A stretch of DNA of 64,000 bases, from contig NC_069003.1 in NCBI RefSeq assembly GCF_001194135.2, forward strand, positions 32,562,105 to 32,626,104. Direction: 5' to 3'. Every line of letters starts with the position of its first letter. Position 1 is the stretch's first letter. A program made the translations under genes and the position numbers. The notes beneath the pieces are model-generated. The model was not told the origin of the DNA. It did not search any database and worked only from the letters and a program-made list of their open reading frames with translations. This document shows, piece by piece, positions 13,664 through 26,232 of this stretch. The stretch comes from Octopus bimaculoides (Eukaryota).

Positions 13664-14043
13664 TGGAGGCGCAATGGCCCAGTGGTTAGGGCAGCGGACT
13701 CGCGGTCATAGGATCGCGGTTTCGATTGCCAGACCGGGCGTTGTGAGTGTTTATTGAGTGAAAACACCTAAAAGCTCCATGAGGCTCCGGCAGCGGATGG
13801 TGGCAAACCCTGCTGTACTCTTTCACCACAACTTTCTCTCGCTCTTTCTTCCTGTTTCTGTTGTGCCTGTAATTCAAAAGGTCAGCCTTGTCACACTGTG
13901 TCACGCTGAATATCCCCGAGAACTACGTTAAGGGTACACGTGTCTGTGGAGTGCTCAGCCACTTGCACATTAATTTCACGAGCAGGCTGTTCTGTTGATC
14001 AGATCAACTAAAATCCTTGTCATTGTAACCAATAGAATGCCAG
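13664..14043 (+). mobile_element. Full-length, young-looking tRNA-derived SINE
   Basis: GGCGCAATGGCCCAGTGGTTAGGGCAGCGGACTCGCGG...GGTTTCGATTGCC (A and B boxes), about 300 bp unrelated body, CpGs retained, followed by a T run. Confidence 0.8.
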
Positions 14044-14402
14044 TTTTTTTTTTTTTTTTTTTTTTTAATATGGGCTATTCCTGTTGGAAAAAGAGAGAGA
14101 GGAGGTGAGCGAGAAAAGATGGTGAAGAAGATATGTTAGATGTAGGTTCACGTTGCAGGCAAGTTTGATGCTGGACAACTGAAACTCTACGTTATCATTC
14201 AATGCTGTAATGAGATTTTCATTGAGATTTCAACTGAAATATGAACACTTCAGAATGGGGCAGGGTAGTCTCACACAAATTGGGTTAAAATTAACAGCTA
14301 AGCAATTCTTAATTATATTACTCACATTTTATGTACAATCTATGATGTTACCATAATTTTTATTAATGTTAATAGAGTAATTTTTCTTTTCTCCTTTTCT
14401 AG

Positions 14403-14506
14403 AATTTGGCATTATTCTAGGATGTCGCGTTTTTGTAAAAGAAATCATTAAGCATAGTGTTGCAGCTGAACAAGGTGGTTTGAAGGTTGGTGACACAATT
14501 CTAAAG
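14403..14506 (+). CDS. ZO-1: ZO-1 exon, PDZ2 core
   Basis: ccttttctag|AA TTT GGC...CTA AAG|gtaagg; encodes [35 protein letters not shown]; phase 1 to 0. Confidence 0.95.
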
Positions 14507-14760
14507 GTAAGGAGGACTGCTTGTTTCCACAATTTTCATTTTATTTTGAGGTTTTCAGCGTACAAATTGATAAAGTATATAGTGTGAAAACAGTCAAGCA
14601 TTGTCACTATCTTTCCAAATCCTGCTGCACTTCACATGGAATTTTTGCTCCTCAAAAGTCATCTTACATTTTTCAGCTGTAAATTTTGCTCTGAAAAGTT
14701 TGATTGGTATTCCAGAAAATATGACATTGTTTCTTCTTCTTCTTCTTCTTATTATTATTA

Positions 14761-14971
14761 AGGTGGTGAGCTGGCAGAATCGTTAGTGTGCCAGATGAAA
14801 TCCTTAGCAATATTTCGCCAGTCGCTACGTTCTGAGTTCAAATTCCACCAAGGTTGACTTCACCTGTTATCCTTTCGGGGTCGATAAAATAAGTACCATT
14901 TGAATACTAGGATTGATGTAATCGACTCACCCCTCCCCCAAAATTGCTGCCTTTGTGGCAAAATTTTAAAC

Positions 14972-15002
<31 letters not shown>

Positions 15003-15250
15003 GTTTGATATTTATAAGGTAGTGAGCTGGCAGAATCGTTAGCATTCCATGCAAAATGCTTAGTGACATTTCATCCATATTTATGTTCTGAGTTCAAATT
15101 CCACCTCGGTCAGCTTTGTCTTTGTGGCAAAAATCTCATCCTTTCAGTGCCGATAAAATGAGTACCGGCTGAGCACTGGGGTCGATGTAATTGACTTACC
15201 CCTCTCCCCAGATATTTCTGGCATTGTGCCAAAATTTGAAATCATTATTT
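14761..15250 (+). mobile_element. Two tandem copies of a SINE family with a GGTGGCGAGCTGGCAGAA head
   Basis: Shared head and core (gttctgagttcaaattcc...gtcgataaaataagtacc); related copies near 3375-3770, 49730-50100, 52729-52956, 57985-58325 and reversed near 16880-17070 and 19060-19220. Confidence 0.8.
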
Positions 15251-18200
15251 GATGTTTAGTGTTCCACCATAGTACATCTCCTAACTGTCAACTAACCAAC
15301 TTCTATCAACTCCACTCATTCACAGTATTTCCATTATTCCTCACTACAGAAAAAAACGAAAAAGAAAACTCTATTTTATTATTTTTTGAATTTATTTTAT
15401 ATCTATCTCTTTGGTGCAAGTGTGGCTGTGTGGCTTAGAAATTTACTTCCTAACCAAATGGGTTTTGGATTCTGTTCCACTGCATGGCACCTTTCTCTCA
15501 TATGTACTTCCTGAATGTATATAAAACAATAGAAAACCTAAAAGAACACCAGGCCCTTCCACCACCCCTGACACAGACAAAAGCTGTTATGTGTATTGTA
15601 TTAGTTGCTTGCCCAGTGTGGGGGTGAAGGCGATTTACTGATTATGCTATGAACTAATCACTTACCACTTTTTTCTGTCAAATCAGGCAGTTTTACTGAT
15701 ATAAACTCACACTTCTACCCATATTAATATCTCACTTCTAAGATAATTTGTCATCCATTGAGATTCCAGCAGATAGATTTTACTGCTACTACTGTCCAAC
15801 ACAGCCAAGTATCACACTTCAATTCAATGTTTATGCTAAGAATTAATGGCCCATTGCTCTTTTTCTGTCTCAAAATATTGCTTATAATGTCTCGTATCTT
15901 CTATATTAAAATCTTAACTGTTTATATATATATATATNNNNNNNNNNNNNNNNNNNNNNNNNNNNNNNNNNNNNNNNNNNNNNNNNNNNNNNNNNNNNNN
16001 NNNNNNNNNNNNNNNNNNNNNNNNNNNNNNNNNNNNNNNNNNNNNTATATCATCATCATCATCATCATCATCATTGTTTAACATCCGTTTTCCATGCTAG
16101 CATGGGCTGGATGGTTTGACTGAGGTCTGGAGAGCCAGTGGCTGCACCAGGCTTCAGTCTGATTTGGCAATGTGAAATAATTCTGTTTTTGGAATAGAGG
16201 AGTTTGAAGCACATAAAACTATAAATAATAGCATATCCACAGATGTGGGTTCAAGTCCCACAGCCAGCCTTTGATTTTTTTTCTATCAAAAAGGGTTTTT
16301 CAGCCGAAATTTTTACATGCTATTAATTATAGCTTTACATACTTCAACATCCCACTATTCCACTAGATGTATCAAAACCATTGCCGTGATTAATAAATTC
16401 TCATATATTCCATCTTCTGTCTTTCATTTGCCATGTGTGTGTGTGTGTACGTGTGGATATGTACATACACACATTGTCCTTACGGGAGCTCCAGGCTGAC
16501 TAGTGCATTGCAAAGGAAGTCAGTAGATGGAAACTGAAAGAAGCCCTTCGTGTGTGTGTGTGTGTGTGTGTGTAAATGGTTGTGTGTGCACATATCTGCA
16601 TGAATGTTTACAAGCTATGCTGAGTTACACCTTACATACCATTATCATTTGCAGCTCATCCACAAATGAGCTGCAAATGATGGCACCATTTGTAGCATTT
16701 TACCTTTAGTGACTTTGTTTCAGATTGGATTGGATTGCCTATATTCAGTCCACTGCAGAATGAAGGTCTCATCATTTTCTTTCCACCAACCACAGTCTGA
16801 TGTGGAAGCCACGAATTTGAGCATGAGATTATACTGGTTTAATGAGCTACTCTGTCACACTGGCTCAACATGGCTTCCCAGAGGGGCACAATTTTTATAC
16901 TCTTGCCCAGGAGTAGTTAAGTCAATTACATCAACTGGTACTTATTTTATTGACCCCAAAAGGTTGAAAGGCAAAAATCAACCTTGGTGGAATTTGAACT
17001 CAGAAGGTAACGATTAAGTACCACTAAGCACTTCACCTGGTGTGCTAACAATTCTGTCACTTCACTGCCTTAGGTAGTTACATGAGGTAATTGTTTATCT
17101 TTGATAGTTTAGTTTAACATGAGGTAACCTTTTATCTTTAACGACATGGTTTAACATGAAGCATTCTTTATTTTTGGTTACTAAATTCAACGTGATGTAA
17201 AATTAAATATCAATAATAAAAAAAAAGTCTGCTGAATTGGGATTTATTGCTTTGTGAAGTGTTAATACAACATCACAGCATGTATATATGCATACACATA
17301 TGAGGATATTAATAACATTTACTAACCTAATCTAAAATCATCGAGAGGAAAACAAAACAAGATGAACTCCTACTGCTAAAAGTGCCCAAGTCATTGATTT
17401 TCATGTGACATAAGTACTTTTAGAACCAGGATCTGCATTGGAATAATCATCAACACATAATAATAGAGTTGAGTCGAAAAAAATATATAATAAGAATAAT
17501 AAACATCAATGAGATGTTTAAAACCAAAAACAACAAGGGTAGCAAAAATGAAGCAACAAAAATAAATACTGTCTCATTGATCTTCTGAAAGTGATGGAAT
17601 ATTATAGACTGTATCACACATACGTGATTCAGTGTGTGTGTGTGTGTATTTGCATTTAAATGTACGAAATAAAAACAGAAAGAATATCACGAAATGTTTG
17701 ATGATGTATGATGATGTATTTCCTATGATCGTTATATCACATCCGCTAACTTTGGATCAGAGTGATGTAAGACGATCCGCAGAACTAAATGCTCTATTCA
17801 AGCATTCACTTCAACGGCAGCTTTAATCCAGTTTTATACTTATATCCACACACACACACACACACACACACACCTATATGTAATTTATTGTCAGAAGGCT
17901 ATCAATAAAGTAAAGGCTCATGATATTGGATTTTTATTGCTACATATGAAATATCTGATCCTTATACAAAAGCTACCTGACCCCCTTTTTACCTTTTGTT
18001 TAATATTTTAATGACAAACCACTGGCTGTAGTTACAACCTGGATATACAAGTAACCTCTTTAAGTGATATATATATGAGCATGTGCACATATGTGCGTAT
18101 ATGGATGTGCATGTATATATATATAATGTTGTGATTTTTAATATCAGCATAGAGCCACAAATACATGGGGACATGGGGCAGTGGTGGGGAAGTTAGGGTG

Positions 18201-18543
18201 TATATAATCAATGATATCATTCTGAGTAATATACCTGATACTTATTTGATCAGCTGCACGAAGATGAAAGGCAGAATCACTCCAACAAGGTAGGGGGTGC
18301 AAAATTAAACACTCATCATCATCATCGTCACCACCACCATCACCACCATCATCGTCACCATCATCATCATCATCATCACAATTCGTTTTCCCATGCTATT
18401 ATGGCTTGGATATGTCTGACTGCATCTCTGATGTTATTCATATGACTAGTTGCTCTTCCTATCGGTATGGACTGATTGTATTTTATAATGGCAACAAGAC
18501 TAAAGAGTCTTGATACAAAAAAAAGAAAGAAAAAAATTATATG

Positions 18544-19023
18544 GGATAGATCCTGTATCAAAATGTTTGAAGTCTCCATCCTTCACCCACCCACCCCAAC
18601 CCCAGTTACTTCAGTCCTAGATGAATTTGCCTGGATGTGGCTTGTGTAGTTTATATATCCTCCTTCATTTCCAGTATGGTTTCTACAGCTGGATACCCTG
18701 GTAGATGTCTACAAATTCTGCCATTTCTGCCATTCCAAAAGGATAATGATTTCTGAGATAAAAAAAAAAAAAAAAAAAAAAAAAAGAAGTGATACAGGAT
18801 AGATCCTATATCAAAATGTTTGGGGTCCCCCCCACCACCACCACCCCAACCCCAGTTACTTCAGTCCTAGATGAGTTGCCTGGATGTGGTTTGTGCAGTT
18901 CGCATCTTTTCCATTAATATCTTCCTTTTTTTTCAATATGGTTTCTGCAGCTGGATACCATAGTAGATATTTAATCGACAAATTCTGCCATTTCTGCCAT
19001 TCCAAAAGGATTATGATCTCTGA
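18544..19023 (+). repeat. Tandem duplication of about 220 bp separated by a poly(A) run
   Basis: 18544-18756 and 18797-19023 share long identical blocks (cccaaccccagttacttcagtcctagatga; acaaattctgccatttctgccattccaaaaggat). Confidence 0.9.
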
Positions 19024-19759
19024 CTTAAATACAAGGCCATACATTTACTGAAAGCAGTTCAGGTTGATTATATCAACTCCAGTACCTCTCTGGTACTTAA
19101 TTTATTGTACCGACCCCACCACCAGATGGACAAAAACCACAATCAGCCTGGTGGGATTTGATCTTAGAACATAAAGTAGCATCATAATTTTATCTGTTGC
19201 TCTACTGATTCTGCCAATGCACCATTCTTTAAGTGTGTAACATTACTAGAGGTTCTATATAACATACATCTATGTGTGTGTGTTACATGTTCAAATCTCT
19301 AGCTACAGATACACATATATATATACAGTCAGATGTCTTATGTAAAACATTGTCAATAGATGCAGGCATAGCTATGTGGTAAGATGTTTGCTTCCCAACC
19401 ACATAGATCCATGTTCAGTCGCATTGTGTGACACCTTCTTTTACAGCCTCAGGCCAATCAAAGCCTTGTGAGCGTATTTGATAGACGGAAACTGAAAGAA
19501 GTTCATATACATACAGTAAGAGCATTATATATAATATATGACAAGGCAGCGAGCTGGCAGAATCATTAGCATGCCGGGCGAAATGCTTGGCGGTATTTTG
19601 TCTGTCTTTACATTCTGACCAAATCCACTCACAAGGCTTTGGTTGGCCCGAGGCTATAGTAGAAGACACTTGCCCAAGGTGCCATGCAATGGGAATGAAC
19701 CCAGAACCATGTAGTTGGTAAGCAAGCTACTTACTACACAGCCACTCCTGCACCTATAC

Positions 19760-19802
<43 letters not shown>

Positions 19803-20169
19803 CAAACACGCATGCACACGCACACACACACATGCATGTGCACTTACATATTTGCATGCATATATACATACATATATAAATGTGTGTGTATTTTAGAATT
19901 GTTGTTTAACCCTAGGTCAACACAGATCAAGCAGACCTTTGATCAAAGACATTCCAACTGTGACAATCCTGTCTTTTTTTTCCATATGCAGGAAGCCCAA
20001 GCTCACATTATCCAATGTGTCCTTTTTTTTAAGATGGTAATCAGTGATTTGAGGGAGGTTTGTTGACTATTTCCAGCAGTCAAGCAACCAAAGACAGGCT
20101 TCTTCACTGACGTGTTAGCAAGAAGCTTCATTTCGTATATACGTGTGTATGTGTGTAACTAATAAAGTA

Positions 20170-20243
20170 ATAGTTATATATGAATGTGTGTGTGTGTGTG
20201 TGTGTGTGTGTATTATATGTATGTGGTTTTGTGTGTGACAGAG

Positions 20244-20314
<71 letters not shown>

Positions 20315-20527
20315 GTACATATATATATTTATGTACATATGTATGTTTATATATATATGTGTAATGTATGTATATATTTGTGTGTGTGCATATATGTGTG
20401 TGTGTATATATATATGTATGTATATACACATACATACATACATAGAGAGGGAAAAGAGAGTCATATCCTATTGCATTATACATCTTTTCTCAAATTGCCA
20501 ATAAATAACAAAACACATACTTATTCT

Positions 20528-20574
<47 letters not shown>

Positions 20575-20686
20575 TAAATTGCATTAAAATCAAAGATTGC
20601 AAATCCCATTAAAATTCTAAAGTGATGTTTATAATCATCTTGTTTTAATTAAAAACTTGCTATTTTATGAAAATATACATGCACAG

Positions 20687-20720
<34 letters not shown>

Positions 20721-20750
20721 ACACACACACACACGTACACACACATAGAC
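20170..20750. repeat. Compound (GT)n/(AT)n/(CA)n microsatellite block, representative of many in the window
   Basis: Direct inspection; similar blocks near 4660-4810, 9930-10130, 22720-23310, 38220-38380 and 48320-48640. Confidence 0.95.
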
Positions 20751-22778
20751 ACTTCCTTTTTCTTTAGAAACATTTCTGCTCTATTCCTCTTGATATAATT
20801 AAAACCTTTCATCTCCTGTACTTTCGGTTTGTACATTTATACTATTGAGTCGTTCCTTTACATGTAACATCAACAGGCTGTTGACATGGCTTCTATACAG
20901 AAAAAGAAGTTTATTTTGTAACTAGATGGTCCAGGGTTCAATCTAGCTGTGTGTGTGCTGACACATCTTAAGCACATCTTGTATAATATCTTAAGCATAT
21001 GTCTTTTTTCATAGGCTTGAGACAACTTGAGACATGGCATTGAAATTGGGTACATCATCATCATTATCAGTTTGATTTCCATTTTGCCATTCTTGCAGAG
21101 GTCAGATGGAATTTGTTAATTTGTTGAGGCAGATTTTTCTATGGTTGGATGCTTTGCCTGATGCCAACCCTCACCTGTTTCCAAGCAAGGTGATATTTCC
21201 CTCATGACCAAGACATGAACTAATGTTTGAATTTGCAGCCAAATTTCTGTTAGTTTGTAGCAGAGTTACATATTACATAGCAATATATGAGTTGGCCTGC
21301 ACAGCAGACAAATATATCGATGAGGCGTCTAGCCTCACTTTGATACAGTAGCCTCGCTTTGATACAGTAACCTTGTTCTGAGACACTAGCTTCGTTCTGT
21401 GCTGCATGGTAGAAACAGCCTCAGTTCCTGCGTGGCTTCAGTCAAAGATACATGTCTTCTCTGCAGCTTCACACGCAATCTTTCACATGCAGCTAACATG
21501 TCTATTCACCTCAACACAAGATATATGGTTCGAAAACAAAGATATTTTATCACACATTCTCAAAATGACTGTTCTCATTACACACATGCATACATACTGT
21601 AATACAAATTTTATATGTTCACTTCTTTCAGTGCAAAAGTAAAGATCAAAACTTTCTTTGTATGTAAACACACATGTTTTTGCATCCATACTACATGCTT
21701 CCACCATAAAAGGTGAACACAGGATAAACAATATATATATGCACAAAAATGTCTTGTGGTGATTCAGACTAACTGTTTTTCCATTTAATAACACACACTT
21801 GGACAGCCAAATGCAACCCAGATTCAATAAACATAGAAAAAAAAAAGGACAGGATGGTGAGTGAAGGCATGTGGCCTAATGGTTGAAGTGTTGCACTTGT
21901 GATGCCAAGATCATGGTTTCAATTCTCACGCTGGGCAGTGTGTTGTGTTCTTGAGCAAAACACTTCAATTCACATTGCTCCAGTCCACTCAGCTGTAAAA
22001 TGATTAACCCTGAGACAAATTGATGTCCCATTCAAAGGGACTGTTGTGATCTCAGTCACTTATATGCTGTGGAAACTGAGTAATTGACCCCATGAGGCCC
22101 CTAGGCTAGAATGCCTTTCATCATAGACAGGGTCTACTCACTCAGGATTGACCGGGGATTAAACAACAACAGTAACAGCTACTGTAATCATACAAATGAG
22201 GGCTCTTTTATATAGTTGCTAGATCTGCTAGAAATAACAACCAAATTATGCTGCATTCAAATCCTACCAGTCAAAAAAAATTAAGGACATGCTGGATAAT
22301 GTAGTGTATGGTTCACTTGGCAAGCAATAATAAAAAGATGAGAGGGTTACTGTTGGAAAGGGTTTTATATATAACGGTAGATATCATAGATAGAAATACT
22401 GGTGGATAGATAGACTGAAAGAAATAGAGATAGATGGATACATAGATAGATCTGTGTGATGTGATGAGGGCTGACCTGAAGCTAAATAACACCTACAAGC
22501 AATCAAATTTCTGCGTTTGTGGGAAACAACAGCAGTCAATCAATGCTGACATGGAGGAGTTGGCATAAAAAATAAAAAAAAATTGAAGGAGAAAGCAAGC
22601 CATTGAGAAACTGTTCAGAATTATTATCCTCATCTGTACTCTCATTTTTGTATTTATGGAATTCAAAATCAACTCATGAATAAATGTATATACATTTGTG
22701 ATTATATATGTAGATAGATAGATATATGGATAGTTATATACATGTATATATATATATCTATATCTATCTATCTATCTA

Positions 22779-22816
<38 letters not shown>

Positions 22817-23209
22817 ACAAAACCTTATAGATAACTATGTTGATATGGTCATGTAGGCATATAGATTGATAGTCAGATAAATGAATAAATTTTTACATTT
22901 TTGTTATATATGTATATATTTATACATGTTTATATAAGTGTGTGTATATATGTATCCATATATTTGTGTGTGTATATATATATATGTGTATATATTATAT
23001 ATACAGATAAATAGATAACATATATGCATATATATATTTACATACACAAACACACTCACATTTATATATGTGTGTGTACACAAGACTATGTAAGTTTGTT
23101 GGTGGAGAGATAGATGTGAAGACACATACAGATAGATAAATAAATAGACAGATAGGTTGGCAGGCAGGCAGGCTTATATACACACACACACATATATATA
23201 GATAATAGG

Positions 23210-23277
<68 letters not shown>

Positions 23278-24014
23278 TATACATAAGTAGGTAGATAGAT
23301 ATTTATACATAGACATATTCATGTTTAATATTCTGGTCAAATTTAACAGCGCTGATCTTTATTGATTTGCAATTCAGAATAAAAATGTTTGTCAATACAG
23401 CTGCAACCATTGAAGAAGTTTTAGCATATTTACATATTAATATTGTACAAAGTTTACCATTCTAACCCACATATATTGCCTGCGTATAACCTCCTTGATC
23501 TTAACTTACAAACTGACTTCCTCTCATAACTATTATTGCCTCAGTCTTTGAAGAACACTTGTAGAATTGTTCAGTTATTTATGCAAGTTCTATGGGATCT
23601 GATTTTCTCTTACAGATGGCATTAATGTTCTTAATTTACTTCTCTCCCTACTTCTCTCCCACATCTTCCACCAGTCAGCCACTTGCCATTCTCTACTGTA
23701 ACCATTTAGTTATCTTCACTACACATTCTTGGGATTTAAAGAATACAGTTGATTGGACTGAAAGTCTTTTCTATATTTCTGTTTTTTTTTTTTTACCTGA
23801 ATTTGAATAAATACCAAGTAGGTTGAATTGTTGAGTCGAAATATGAAAACATTCATTGATACATAATACGGAACATGAAAAAATCTGTAATGACTCTATT
23901 TTATTCAAAGAATCCTGCGTACGAGAGAAGGGTGATTGAAGATATACTTCTGACAATTCTAATAAATCAACAAAGCATTTTATCTCGGAAAATAAAAAGA
24001 ATAGCAATATGTAT

Positions 24015-24478
24015 AGGCACAGGCATGAGTGTGTTGTAAAAAGCTTGCTTCCCAACCACATGGTTCCGGGTTTAGTCTCATTGTGTGGCACCTTGTGGGT
24101 TTTCTATAGCCATGAGCTGACCAAAGCCTTGTGAATGGATTTGGTTGATGGAAACTGAAAGAAGCCCATCATATATATCTATGCATGTTTGTCTTTGTGT
24201 CTGTGTTAGCCCCCTGCCACTACCACCTGGAGCTTGTTGAGAAGAATGATAATTTCAACACTAATGAAACCAAATTATTCAAAGCACTTTTCTATCTTTA
24301 TTTTTAGTCTTTTATTTGTTTCAATCATTGGTCTGTGGCCATGTTGGGGCACTGCCTTGAAAGGTTTACTTGAACTAATGAACCCCTGGTACTTATTCTT
24401 TCCTATTGGTCTCTTTTGCCAAACCACTAAGTTACAAGGACATGAACAAACTGACACTGGGATGGGAGACAAACACAA

Positions 24479-24534
<56 letters not shown>

Positions 24535-24778
24535 NNNNNNNNNNNNNNNNNNNNNNNNNNNNNNNNNNNNNNNNNNNNNNNNNNNNNNNNNNNNNNNNNN
24601 NNNNNNNNNNNNNNNNNNNNNNNNNNNNNNNNNNNNNNATATATATATATATAATAGGTTTCTATCAGTTTCCATCTACTAAATCCACTCGCAAAGCTCT
24701 GGTCACTCTGAGGCTATAGTAGAAGACATTTGCTCCAAGGTGCCACACAGTGAGGCTGAACCCAAAACCATGTGGTTG
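24015..24778. mobile_element. Tail-to-tail inverted pair of SINEs (gctgtgtggtaagaagcttgcttcccaaccacatgg family)
   Basis: + copy 24015-24230 and - copy 24300-24778; the family recurs near 19360, 19619, 41630, 46333, 52715, 54660 and 63503. Confidence 0.8.
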
Positions 24779-24984
24779 ATCAGTAGGATTTGAACTCAAA
24801 ATGTAAAGGGTCATAACCTGTAGTCAGGTATTTTGTCTGACATACTAACAATTTTGTCAATCCACCAATTCTCAGAATGATATAATTTATTTTCTCAGTA
24901 ATATCATTTTGTCATGAAATTGCAATAAAGCTTTTTTTTATTTATTTAATCTTTTCTTTTTTTTCTTTTGTTCTATTACAACAG

Positions 24985-25135
24985 ATAAATGCCACCCCTG
25001 TGGATAACATTTCAATAACAGATGCCAAAAGGTTGATCGAAAAAACAAAAGACAAACTTCATTTATTAATTACAAAGAAAAAATCAGATGGCGGCAGACA
25101 CAAACGACAGAATAGTCAACCGAAAGAAGAAATTG
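24985..25135 (+). CDS. ZO-1: ZO-1 exon, PDZ2 C-half
   Basis: acaacag|ATA AAT GCC...ATT G|gtaaag; encodes INATPVDNISITDAKRLIEKTKDKLHLLITKKKSDGGRHKRQNSQPKEEI; phase 0 to 1. Confidence 0.95.
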
Positions 25136-25456
25136 GTAAAGTTGCCTCCTCTTAATTGTTCCCTCTCCATATTATTATCAGGCAAATAAAGTACAGTTAA
25201 TGAAGTTTAATTTAAGCTATAATTAGCTAACATATTTTCAGTACTGTTTTAACTGATTTCAGTTATCAGACTGTCACAGTGCTGGCAGCGCCACCTTCAA
25301 AGAATTTAGTTCAGGGGTTCCCAATCAATGGACGATGGATAATTTGGTAATAATTTGGTTCCAGGTGACACAGAATAAATCAAAATTTTAATTTAATTTC
25401 CGTTTTATTCACTATCACAGTCTGCAAGATGTTTTTACATTATATGTGTATTATAT

Positions 25457-25741
25457 AAAAAGCACTGGTACTGGTGCCATGTAAAAATCATTGGTGCTGG
25501 TGCCACATAAAAAGCACTGGTGTTGGTGCCATGTAAAAGGCACTGGGGTTGGTTCCACAGTAAAAGCACCGGTGATAGTGCCATGTAAAAAGCACCTAGT
25601 ACACTCTGTTAAGAGGTTGGTGTTAAGAAAGGCATCCAGCTGTAGAAATCATGCCAAAGCAAATGGCTCATCTGTTTTTGTCAAACTGACCAACCCATGC
25701 CAGCATGAAAAAAGACATGCTAAATGATTATAATGATGATG
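25457..25741 (+). repeat. About 6 x 26-bp minisatellite inside an RTE 3' UTR remnant
   Basis: Units like AAAAAGCACTGGTGTTGGTGCCATGT run directly into ggcatccagctgtagaaa...aatgatgatg. Confidence 0.75.
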
Positions 25742-26232
25742 TAGGTCATTTCTATGGGCAGCTGCATGGTTTCTGTCTGCTGAAGTACAACAAAGTGGGA
25801 TTTAGCCTGGACCTATGTGGTTACACAAGAAACTTATAACCTCATAGCTGAGACTGTATTTATTCACTTATTATGTGAGCTTAATTAACCGTGCTGAAAT
25901 AATTATTTTCCTCATTTACTGGTTTCAGTCATTGGTCAGTGGGTCATTTGCTGGGTCATTGCCTTCAAATATTTTTAGCTGATTATATTGACACTAATGC
26001 CTTCAGTACTTTTGCATTCCACTATTATTTTTAATTAATCTGTGTTTATCAAATGGCTAGGTTACCTTTTCTTTTTCATATAAAGTGATGCAATGTGACA
26101 TACTGTTTTTCTCTGATATACACAAATATATACAATGATTTATGTCTATGGAACTTTAGACAATAGGAGAGTAAGTCAACCTGTTAATAAACACACACAC
26201 ATGTGTGTGTGTTTATGGTTGAGTGGACAAAT

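Noticed and set aside
13664-13745. tRNA gene
   Set aside because: It has A and B boxes but no complete cloverleaf or acceptor stem, and it continues into a repeat body, so it is a SINE head.
25457-25600. CRISPR-like array
   Set aside because: The units abut with no unique spacers, the context is eukaryotic, and it is part of a LINE 3' UTR.
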